Below, piece by piece: positions 13,301 to 25,600 of a stretch of DNA of 64,000 nt. Position numbers and translations under genes: made by a program. Under the pieces are notes generated by a model. The model was not told the origin of the DNA. It saw only the letters and a program-made list of their open reading frames with translations, and made no database searches. The DNA lies in assembly GCF_006345805.1 (NCBI RefSeq), contig NC_043000.1, forward strand, positions 20,708,001 through 20,772,000. Direction: 5' to 3'. The DNA is from Octopus sinensis. Taxonomy: Eukaryota. Position 1 is the stretch's first letter, and every line of letters starts with the position of its first letter.

Positions 13301-15387
13301 TTTCTCCCTTTCAGAGTCAATAAATTAAGTACCAGTGAAACACTGGGGGTCGATGTAATTGAATCTTCAGGCCTTGTGCCTTTAGTAGAAATTATTATTA
13401 TTATAGCAAACTGACAGAACTGTTTACACACCAGGTAAAATGCATTTTATCCATCTTTACATTAGGAGTTTAAATTCTGCCAAGGTTGACTATGCCCTTC
13501 ATCTTTTCGAAGATCAATAGAATAAGGACTATTTGAGCACTGGGGTTGATGTAATTGACTAGTTAGTCACCTCCCCACAGATTTCAGGCTTTGTGCCTAT
13601 AGAAGAAATGATTATTATTATTATCATTACTGAGTGAGAGAGCAGCACATGCCATCAAACTGACACTGGGGTACAATTATACGAAGCCCAATATACCCAT
13701 CATGACTACTCATCTGATAAGGATACACCAGGCACATACATCACAGCCACATGTGAGCGACATGGTGATCTCATATCAAGATAAACAGCACATGACCTTG
13801 CAGGTGGAGCCCAGTTAGAATTTTCTTCGGGTTGAGTAGCCCACCACACTCAAAAGGTCCTTGAATAAGGTTTGCTTAAGGATGATGAACGAAACACCCA
13901 CGTTTCCAGAGATAAATTATTCAAACCCCAAAGAATTCCTCTCAACACATGGCTATGATGCTCCCCCACTATTTCTGCTCTTAATCAGAGATTCACATAT
14001 TGTCAGCCACCAAGGTACATGCTCAACTGGGTAAGGTCAAACAATTGACAAACAAATCTCTGGTATTGAGCAGAATATTTGCTGTAGCCCATCTTTTATA
14101 CCAAGACAAAACAACGTACATGATATCACTTCCAATCAGTTAAGAGCAGAAGCCATGAGAGCTACTGTCTGGTACTGCATCAGGGCATTTATTATTATTA
14201 TCATTATTATTATTATTATTAAGTGAGAGAGCAGCACATGCCATCAAACTGACACTGGGGTACAATTATACGAAGCCCAATATACCCATCATGACTACTC
14301 ATCTGATAAGGATACACCAGGCACATACATCACAGCCACATGTGAGCGACATGGTGATCTCATATCAAGATAAACAGCACATGACCTTGCAGGTGGAGCC
14401 CAGTTAGAATTTTCTTCGGGTTGAGTAGCCCACCACACTCAAAAGGTCCTTGAATAAGGTTTGCTTAAGGATGATGAACGAAACACCCACGTTTCCAGAG
14501 ATGAATTATTCAAACCCCAAAGAATTCCTCTCAACACATGGCTATGATGCTCCCCCACTATTTCTGCTCTTAATCAGAGATTCACATATTGTCAGCCACT
14601 AAGGTACATGCTCAACTGGGTAAGGTCAAACAATTGACAAACAAATCTCTGGTATTGAGCAGAATATTTGCTGTAGCCTATCTTTTATACCAAGACAAAA
14701 CAACGTACATGATATCACTTCCAATCAGTTAAGAGCAGAAGCCATGAGAGCTACTGTCTGGTACTGCATCAGGGCATTTATTATTATTATCATTATTATT
14801 ATTATTATTAAGTGAGAGAGCAGCACATGCCATCAAACTGACACTGGGGTACAATTATACGAAGCCCAATATACCCATCATGACTACTTGTCTGATAAGG
14901 ATACACCAGGCACATGATTCAAATCAGTTAAGATCAGAAACATCAGGGCTATTATTCAACTGGCAGAATCGCTAGCATGCCAGGTGAAATGCTTAGTGGT
15001 ATTTCAACTCTTATGTTCTGAGCTCAAATTCCACTGAAGTCGACTTTGCCTTTCATCCTTTCGGAGTGGATAAATTAAGTACCAGTGAAACACTGGGATC
15101 AATGTAATTGACTTAATCCCTTCCCACAAGCTGCCCTTGTGGCAAAAATTTGAAATCCTTATTATTATTATTCAGCTGGCAGAATCATTAGCATGCTGGA
15201 TGAAATGCTTAACAGTATTTCACCCTTCACTATGTTCTCAGTTCAAATTCGGCTGAGGCCGACTTTATCTTTCCTCATTTCGGGGTCGATAAATTAAGAA
15301 CCAGTTGAACACTGGGATCAATGTAATCAACACATTCCTTTCCCCCAAAATGGCTGCCCATGTGGCAAAATTCAAAACCATTATTGA

Positions 15388-15418
<31 letters not shown>

Positions 15419-18400
15419 CCTTTAGGGGTTGATAAAATAAGTACCAGTTTCGTACTGGAGTCGATGTAATTGACTAACCCTCTTCCCCAAAATTCCAGGC
15501 CTTGTGCCTATAGTAGAAAGGATCACTATTATTATTGAGACAAAGCCCACGGTCTTTCAACTCAAAAGAACAAGGGCTGATTATAGTTAAAGAAGTTAAT
15601 TTTTCAAACAAGTGAAAATTAATAGGAATACAAGAGCACAAGAAAAGATCCTAAACCAATAGATTTGTACATGGGAAGTTAGCTGGGATTGACAGAAACA
15701 TTGGTGGATGAAAGCTATGCATGAATAAAATTAGTTTGGAAGAATAACCATCTCACAGAGATAGTATTCATATAAAGCAAAAATTTTGTATTTCTGTTTC
15801 TTCATTCTTACATTAAAACTATAGAGAAATATATGTTTTTAATTATTATTTCAGCATAAATGTCGATCACAAGGGGATGCTATGTATTTCGACAGCAATC
15901 AACAACATAGCTATGTCGTTAGTCAAGATGTGGATCTTTCTGACTTCTCTCCTCACCAGGATTTAACATTGGTAGAAGACTTTGAAGGGAATATTACAAG
16001 AACAAAGTAAGGAGCAGAAAACATGTTTTTGTTTTTTTCAAAGCCTTCTAGTTTTTGCAGTGTGGAAGGTGTTTATAAGCCATTTAACAAACACAAAAAC
16101 CGTTAGATTCACTGAGATGCAGCATGGAGTTTTGTCAGTGAACAGGTCACGGTCTCAAAGCGACAAAAATATTTTGACAAATTAAATTTAAATGTTGAAG
16201 TGAATCTAACAGTTTTTGTATGTTTTTTAAATGGCTTTTAAACACCTTCCACGCTGCAATTGTTTTCGTTCCAGTACACAATCTCAGATCAGGTCACTTG
16301 CTATACAAGTACATCTCCGTAACTTCTAGTTTTTGACAGGGGAATAATATTTGGATACTTTCTGCATTGAACAGAAGAAATTCAAGATTATAATATTCCT
16401 TTCTAATTAATTATTTGATTCAGACCTTTTATATATAAAACAGTAGTAATTGGAATAGTCAGTGTTTATTATTCAGTTTTAAAAAGCTACAATTTTAATG
16501 ATTTTCTTTGAAATCAATAACATAATCAATGTTATCCAGGTAATTTCATGTGTGCAGACAGTAACTTGGTTTGAGATGTCTAGAAAAGAATTAGCATATT
16601 TCTATCCTGTTTAAGGAATACAGAAGTATAACATTTGCAGTCAATAATTCCCTACATCAGTTAGTTTAATGGTCTATGTGTATGCCCCCTAAACAACACA
16701 GGCACTCAAAAAGCATCCTGATCTCCAGGCCCAACCTCTACTAAACCATCACTCTCTCCAACCACTGCCTTATCACAACTATTCACAGTGGGATGACGTC
16801 AGCAGCTGGGGAGCTGATCGGAAGAGGAAGGGCGCAGGAGTGACGTGCATGCAGGCAGGGGATGATTGGGCCTTTTCAATCAGGGTAGCCGACAGACCTG
16901 GACGTGTGAGTGCTTCAACAAGGTAAGGGAAAAGCAGCTGCTATTTTTAGAGTTCAGGTCAGGCTACGTGGAAGGGTGCATTACCACAGGAGAGGTCTGT
17001 GTTGATGCAGACCCCTCTGGTGGTAATGCACTCTTCTATGTGGCCTGACCCGAACGCTGGTAAAACACCCTTCCACGTGGTGCGACCTGAACGCTAAAAA
17101 TAGCAGCTGCTTTTCCCTTACCTTGTCAAAGCGCTCACACATCCAGCGTTGTCGGCTACCGTGATCGAAAAGGCCCAATCATCCCCTGCCTGCACACGCG
17201 TCACTCCTGCCCCTTCCTCTTCCAGTCAGCTCCCAAGTTCCAATCAGCTCCCCAGCTGCTGACATCATCCCACACTCACCACACATTCACATCATACACA
17301 AGGCTCCCATCCATCTCCTGAACACTATAACTCTAATAAGTCAGTTGATTTATGGGAGCTCCATTAGTTCTATGTTATTTATCCCATATCTGATCCATGA
17401 GAAACAGTTCAGTGAGTAACTGAAGCTGTCCTCTATATCTTATCCCTCTACTTACTATGCACAACAAAAACTCACAGTATCTCATCCCCATGTCTACAAA
17501 CTGTTTATTCATAATGGTGGCGCAACAGTTCAGGCAAACAACACAGCGGAAAAACTCACCCCACCTCCCACTAGAAACTGGGAGCAGCTGTTACACAGTT
17601 ACTCTTTTACTCGTTTCAGTCATTAGACTGCAGCCATGCTGGAGCACCACCTTCAGTTGAGCGAATCGACCTCTTTTGCCAAATCACTAAATTATGGGGA
17701 CATAAACACACCAGCATCGGTTGTCAACCAATGTTGGGGGGACAAACACAGACGCACACACACACACACACACATATACGACAGGCTTCTTTCAGTTTCT
17801 GTCTACCAAACCTACTCACAAGACTTTGGTTGGTCCGAGGCTATAGCAGAAGACACTTACCCAAGGTGCCACGCAGTGGGACTGAACCCACAATCATGTG
17901 GTTGGTAAGCAAGCTACTTACCACACAACCACTCCTGCACTCAAAGTTACATAACTTCTGTGAGACTGTTACCCTAAATACATAAGATAACCACTATGTA
18001 TTGTTCAACCTGTAAGCTCTCCCATCTTCTAAACTGCAACCAACCATTTTGGCACTTTGTCAAAAGGGCCCTATAAACTTTTAGAATCGTCCTTCACCCA
18101 ACTTTTCGAGCATGATGGTTCTGTAGAGTACACCCACAGAGAAATTTTCTACCTTCACTGTCTGCTTTACTTCAAATCTCCACTGTACACACTAAATACA
18201 TCTCTATCTCCTCTACCATTATTTCTTTCCTCTCCACCAGGTTTGCCATCCTTTAAAACATTTAAGTATAAAAGCTCTGCCAGTTGCTTCAAGTCACCAA
18301 CCTTCACAATCTGCCTTCCATTACTTCAGTGCTCTCCAAAGCCAGTTCCTCTCTTCACTCTCTCTCCCTGTCTCTCCAGTGAGTTCCATTCCCTGAAGGA

Positions 18401-19130
18401 CAACCCCTGTGACCCTGCAAAGTATCATTCTGTCATATACTCGCTTCCAGCATCTCAAATGCAATGGAGGCAGTCATTAAACAACAACCTTCTCTAACAT
18501 CTTGAATCTCTCTGCCTTTTGAGTACCAGCTCCCATAAAACCAGATCTATCAGAAACCTACTTGACTGTCACTCAACTGTGGGACTTTAACCTCAAGAAA
18601 ATTGGGGAAAACGGTGTTACACTCAGTATCCTGATTTGTTGCCTTCTCATAAAATCACATGCTAATAGAGCTCTCTCCGATCCAATATCTACCAATTCTA
18701 GTACACCACAAGGCTCAGTTTTGTCCCCCACACTAATCCTCAAATATATCACCTTCAACAATGCCTACTCTGATGACATTACCCTTCATTCTTTCTTAAC
18801 CTTTAACATCCATACATCATCCACATGCAACCGAGGCATCTCACATCAAACCTGCACTAACTCCATCAAGGGACCTTGGAAACACAGCTCAATGGGATCT
18901 AACCAATTTTATCTCCTTCAATATCTCGAGGAAACAATCACTACACAATGAGAAATTATCACAGCTACCCACCCATACCATTAAACATAAGCAGAGAGCA
19001 GCTAGAATCCACCAAAGTTGCTATAAATGTTAAGCTTCACCATCAGTGAAGGTCGCTTTTGGCAAATTCACATCTTTATTATTGTAAAGACTGACCTTCT
19101 GTTCAGGATCAGAAAATCTTTCAGCCCCTA

Positions 19131-19161
<31 letters not shown>

Positions 19162-22100
19162 ACCCTCTTCAAAGCTTTGGTGAAATTCACAATAGAGTAC
19201 TGTTCCCATATCTGGAACTGTTATACACACATACACACATGCTCATGCACACACACACACGCATGCACACACACGCCAGACTTTCATCGAAAGAAAGAGC
19301 CCCCATCCTCTAAATCAGTGGTTCCCAAAATATTTTGGGCTGCCACCCCCAAGCCACATTCCTAGTGCTCCCACCCTAAATAACCACCACAAGCATAGAC
19401 CTCTTTCTGAAACAAATTCAAAGCAACTGTGTTTCACAAATAAAACTTAACCTGATAAACCCATTATCTTGTTGTTTTTACATGAATCACCACCCCATTA
19501 TCACCCCAAGTTTTACATGAGTCGCTACCCCATTATTGCCCCACTTCAACACTCCTTTGAAACATTCCACCACCCCAGAGGGGGCAATACCGCCCACTTT
19601 AGGAACCACTGCTCTAGATGATTGGCTTGAAATCACTAACACTCCATCCTCTTACCCAAAAACCTGCTATCTGAAGGATAACCCCTGTGACCCTGCAAAG
19701 CATCATTCTGTTATATACCCGCTTCCAGCATCTCAAATGCAATGGAGGCAGTCATTAAACAACAACCTTCTCTAACATCTTGAATCTCTCTGCTTTTTGA
19801 GTACCAGCTCCCATAAAACCAGATCTATCAGAAACCTACTTTCTCTATTGTTACAACAAAGGTCCGTATTTCTTAGAGCTGGTTGGCTGGTCTTATACAA
19901 CATCCATTTAGGTACCACTAGCTGCCACTCTTTCTTCTTCTCTTATCAGACATTTGTATCGACTCACTCGCTAAACATTGTACCCTTTCTGCCTCAGAAT
20001 GTTAGTCCTCTGGAATTCTTTCCCTACATGTTTTATTCCTACAATTGTCTGCTTGCAATTATTCAAGAGGAGCGAGGTCATTGCCAGTGCCACTGGACTG
20101 GCTCCTTTGCAGGTGGCATATAAAAAGCACCATTTGAGCATGGCCATTGCCAGTACTATCTGACTGGCCCTCATGCTGGTGGCACGTAAAAGCACCCACT
20201 ACACTCTCAGAGTGGTTGGCATTAGGAAGGGCATCCAGCTGTAGAAACTCTGCCAGATCAGATTGAAGTCTGGTACAGCCATCTGGTTCGCCAGACCTCA
20301 GTCAAATCATCCAACCCATGGTAGCATAAAAAGCAGACATTAAATGATGATGATGAGCGAGGTCATTGCCAGTGCCGCTGGACTGACTCCTGTGCAGGTG
20401 GCACATAAAAAGCACCATTTCAGCGTGGCCGTTGCCAGTACTGCCTGATTGGCCCTCGTGCCGGTGGCATGTAAAAAGCACCATTTCAGCATGGCCGTTG
20501 CCAGTACTGCCTGATTGGCCCTCGTGCCGGTGGCATGTAAAAGCACCCACTACACTCTCAGAGTGGTTGGTATTAGGAAGGGCATCCAGCTGTAAAAACT
20601 CTGCCAGATCAGATTGGAGTCTGGTGCAGCTATCTGGTTCACCAGACCTCAGTCAAATCGTCTGACCCATGCTAGCATGGAAAGCGGACGCTAAACGATG
20701 ATGATGATGATGATGAACACAGTTTCCTCATTTTGACCAATCCAGTCAGAAACAACCAAATTAAAGCAACATGCATGAGTCAAAACTAAGAAGAAACATT
20801 AAAAGGACAAAGAAACAAAACTATTTAAAGTTAGAGAGAAACAGTGAATATGGAAGACTGAACTCGTTTTCTGAGACTGTCTGAGCTTAGAGTGGAATTT
20901 GATGATACAAATTAGATGAAGTCTGACTAATAGCATTTAATAATCAAAGATGAAGATATTATAAGACATGGAATAATTAAGTTACCATTGATTTTTGAAA
21001 AGATGGAGAAACAAAGTAAGCAAGCAAACGAATGAAATCTGAGAGACACGTTTTGCAAACTTATTAATCTACCTCTGCATTGAAAATGAAGCATTAAAAT
21101 CATTAGTGGCTAAGATCATTAAAGCCATCAGTGACTAGGATCATAGCAGCTGTAAATAGATATGTTTCAACACGAGTATGAGACGTTTTGGCACAGCCAT
21201 TTTGGTGCTGCCTGTTTGGTATTGCCAAATCATCATCATCATTTAACGTCCGCTTTCCATGCTAGCATGGGTTGGATGATTTGACTGAGGTCTGGCAAAC
21301 TGGATGACTGCACTAGACTCCAATCTGATCTGGCAGAGTTTCTACAGCTGGATGCCCTTCCTAACGCCAACCACTCCGATAGTGTAGTGGGTGCTTTCAT
21401 GTGCCACCAGCACGAGGGCTAGTTTGGTGGTACTGGCGACGACCTCGCTCAAATGTTTTGTTTTTTTTTACTTATTTGACAGCAGACATTTTCATGTTTC
21501 TCTCATTCTCCTCCCCACCCTCTCTCTCTCTGCCTCTTCCAGTTCCAAAAAGTACCGTTGCTAGAATGTCCGGTCAGCCATGCCAAATTGTCAGCATCCA
21601 AACTGCTGCACCCAATCATCTTGTTCTTCATCATCATTGCTATAATAAAAAAAATTAAAGGAAAATTTTGTTATCCTAATACCATTGACATACAATCCTA
21701 CGTAACAAAATTGCTGAAATAAACAAAAATCTTTTAATATAATTTCTCATCTTTATTCAAGTTGGCTGTTAGAAGGTGTCCATTCAGGAATCCTTTGTGA
21801 AAAATTACACGAAGGGAAATCTTTGATATTCAAGGGCAAAGGGAAAAGAAGAGCCTGCACACCTTATATGGATATGCTGGAATCAGACAATATAAAATTT
21901 TATCTGTCATTTGGTAAGTCATATTCATTATATGCAATGTCTTGTTCTTAATCTACAGGATTTAAACTTTCATAATAGCAATCAAGACAGTCCTCCTTTA
22001 AAGGTATGAAACTTGTACCTTCACAAGATCCATAGCCAAATACCTCAGTAGGCATAGGAGTGGCTGTGTGGTAAGTAGCTTGCTTACGAGCCACATGGTT

Positions 22101-22599
22101 CCGGGTGGCCCCACCTTGGTAAATGTTTTTATGTTTCACCTGAAAAGAAAGGTGGGGCTGGAGAGAAGGTGTCTGTCACAGAATGTGTTTCAAAAACGAT
22201 GGACATGTGTTGCATGCATGTTGGGAGTGAAAGACCCTGCGTGAGCATGTTATAGTGGAAAAGCAAGGTGTCGGTGAAAAGGACAGGACTCATGGGGTTG
22301 GAGCAAACCTATCTACTTTTAACCCCATGTTGTCCTCATTGTTTGTTAATGTCTTTTGTACCCCATTCGATGTTATCATGTTTTTTAAATTTTTAATCAA
22401 CTCATTCACTATATATGACCTCCAGATCATATTGTATTGTCTCTTCTATGTACGTCTGTAAAAAATTGAACCACTTGGTTCCGGGTTCAGTCCCACTGCG
22501 TGGCACCTTGGGCAAGTATCTTCTACTATAGCCTCGGGACAACCAAAGCCTTGTGAGTGGATTTGGTAGACGGAAACTGAAACAAGCCCGTCGTATATA

Positions 22600-22635
<36 letters not shown>

Positions 22636-25600
22636 TGTATGTATGTATGTGTGTGTGTGCATGTTTGTGTGTCTGTGTTTGTCCCCCACCATTGCTTGAC
22701 AACTGATGCTGGTGTGTTTATGTCCCCGTAACTTAGCAGTTCAGCAAAAGAGACTGATAGAATAAGTACTAGGCTTACAAAGAATAAGTCCTGGGGTTAA
22801 TTTGCTCGACTAAAGGTGGTGCTCCAGCATGGCCACAGTCAAATGATTGAAACAAGTAAAAGAATGGTTGCTACACTCAGAAGCATCAGATAGCCTTCAG
22901 CATCAACCAGATGCAGGAAGTGACCAATGAACAACTCTTTAGCAACCTCCCTGAGTTGACCAATAGGGTATCTGAAGCTTCCCAGTCACTACCTGAGACA
23001 CCCAGAATCATTCACCAACCAAGACTTCATCTAAGTACTGGCTATGGTAGGGATAAATCATGGATTTATTTCTAACATCATGGTCAACATCTTGATGGAG
23101 GATGGTGGTACTGCGACAGGTGATGAATTTAGGACACTAATACCAGGATGGTATTGAGATCCCCTTCGGTCATGACTGACCGTGGGATTGTACCTAGAAA
23201 GTTACCCTCCCAGGCACAAGTCCAGGCAAGGTTGTTTATGGAAGACCAGCAGTCATTTATGCATACTGGCCTCTCCTCTCTTCGCCAGCAGTGTTATCCA
23301 AAGGAAAGGCAAAGGGGCTGATACAGCTTGGCACCTGTGACATTGCAACTCATTTCTACAGCTGAGTGAACAGGAGCAATTTGAAATAAAGTGTCTTGCT
23401 CAAGAACGCAACATGCAGCCTGGTCCAGGATTCAAACTCACAACCTCACGATCGTAAGCTTGACGCTCTAACCACTGAGCCATGCACCTTCACTAGAACA
23501 GTATTTGTAGCATATTATCTCTACACTTGACATAAATGCAAGGAGTTGTCAACAGTGGACGATAGTAAGGATGATTATATTATTTCTTTGGTAGTCTCAT
23601 GCAGCTTTCTACTGTAACACCTGGTGCATCTGCGTCCCCATGATGGTTGCAGTCATCATCATCATCGTTTAACGTCTGCTTTCCATGCTAGCATGGGTTG
23701 GATGATTTTGACTGAGGGCTGGCGAACCAGATGGCTGCGCCAGGCTCCAATATTGATCTGCTAGAGTTTCTACAGCTGGATACTCTTTCTAACGCCAACC
23801 ACTCCAAGAGTGTAGTGGGTGCTTTTTACATGACCTCACTCAAATCTTTTTACACATGCCACCGGCACAGGTGCCAGTATGGCAACGTTGGTAATGATCA
23901 TGCTCGAATGGTGCCCTTTTATGTGCCACGGCACAGGGGTCAGTCAGTCAGAATTAGAGGAGTATAGAGTTCTTCTATTGATGTACTGCATCAGTTTGTT
24001 TTTCATTTTATTGGTGGTGTGTGCGAGTGTGTAGCCTGGTGGTTAGGATGTTGCATTCCTAATCATCAGATCATGGTTTCAACTCCAGAACTGGTTGAGG
24101 TGTTGTGTTCCTGAGCAAAACATTCCATCTGATGTTGCTCTGCAATCACTTCAACACCTGATGTGTGGTATGCCAGGCACCTGTTCAGGTAAAATTGATT
24201 TGATGGAGGGAGGCATGCTAACTTCAGTGCTACGCATTGGGAAATTCTAACTTCAATGAAATACATTGGGAAATTTTGAAATTTTCTCTCATATTGAGAT
24301 ATTGTGTATTAGATGATTTGTGTCTTCAGAATGAATAATACCAAAATCTTAACCTATATTATAGTACACCTGAACACTATATACAATAAGCTCATTGTAA
24401 TTATTAATGTAGTGAGTTGATATAATCATTAGCACATTAGACAAAATGCTTAGCAGTGTTTCCTCCGGTTTTATATTGAGTTCAAATTCTGCCAAAATCA
24501 CTTGGCCTTTCATCCCTTCAGGGTTGATAAAATAAGTACCAGTTAAGCAGTGGTATCAATGTAATCAATTATTCTGTTCCACAAAACTTTCAGGCCTTGT
24601 GCCTATAGAAGAAAGAATTATGTAAATATTTTCCAATGATGTGTACCTTTAGGGTAAAGCAATTGGAAAAAGTGAGAAACGTTAGATTCAACCCTCACAC
24701 ATACTTCCCCAAGAGAGGTTTTTTTGTGTGTCTATTATTGAATGGTTAATCTCAGCTAACCAAAGTGTCCAGGTGTACTATAATATAGGTTAAGATTTTG
24801 GTATTATTCATTCTGAACACACAAATCATCCAATTCACAACATCTCAATATGACAGAAAATTTCAAAATTTCCCAATGTATTTCATTGAAGTTAGAATTT
24901 ATCAATGTGTAGCACTGAAGTTAGCATGCCTCTCTCCATCAAATCAATTTTGCTTGAACTTTTTTTTTTGTGTCTATTAATTGAATGGTTAATCTCAGCT
25001 AACCAAAGTTTTATAACTTATTATGTTACATATATTTGTATTTTGCAAGCAGAATTCTCAATAGAAATATTTTTCTTTCAGCCATATTGTGTAAGTCTGA
25101 CAAAAGTGGGTAATTTGACTAAAGAAAAAAAAATGTATTTACAATGCTGTTTGCTTAGTTATGTTACACATTACAATATCTTTAATGTATAAGAATCAAT
25201 CTTTGACATATGAGTATATTTATCTTCACAAGGAAGACATAGCTTATTCTTGTTTCTCTGGGTGCAATCTTGTATATCAAAATGAATACAGGATACTACT
25301 CCTCAAGAATGTTGTTAAATTCTGCCAAGTTTCAACATTCAAGAGATAACAAAGCTAGTTGTTTGTCTCATCACTTACACAAATGCTTATAGGATTTTCA
25401 TAATTCACTGATGTTTTTCAAGCTTCTCACTTTGGCAAAACCTGAAGAAACCTGTGAAAATTCCTAATAAGATGCTACAGAAATATTGTAAAGATTATCA
25501 AAACAAAAAAATGGCATTCCATCAGTTATGTTGATGACGGTTCCAGTTGATCCACTCCTGAAATTAAGCAAGTGGATGAGTACTCTACAGATATGCATAC

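Noticed and set aside
14165-14190. ctggtactgca in family F, resembling the U2 snRNA 3' stem-loop
   Set aside because: Only about 11 nt match and no other U2 features are present.
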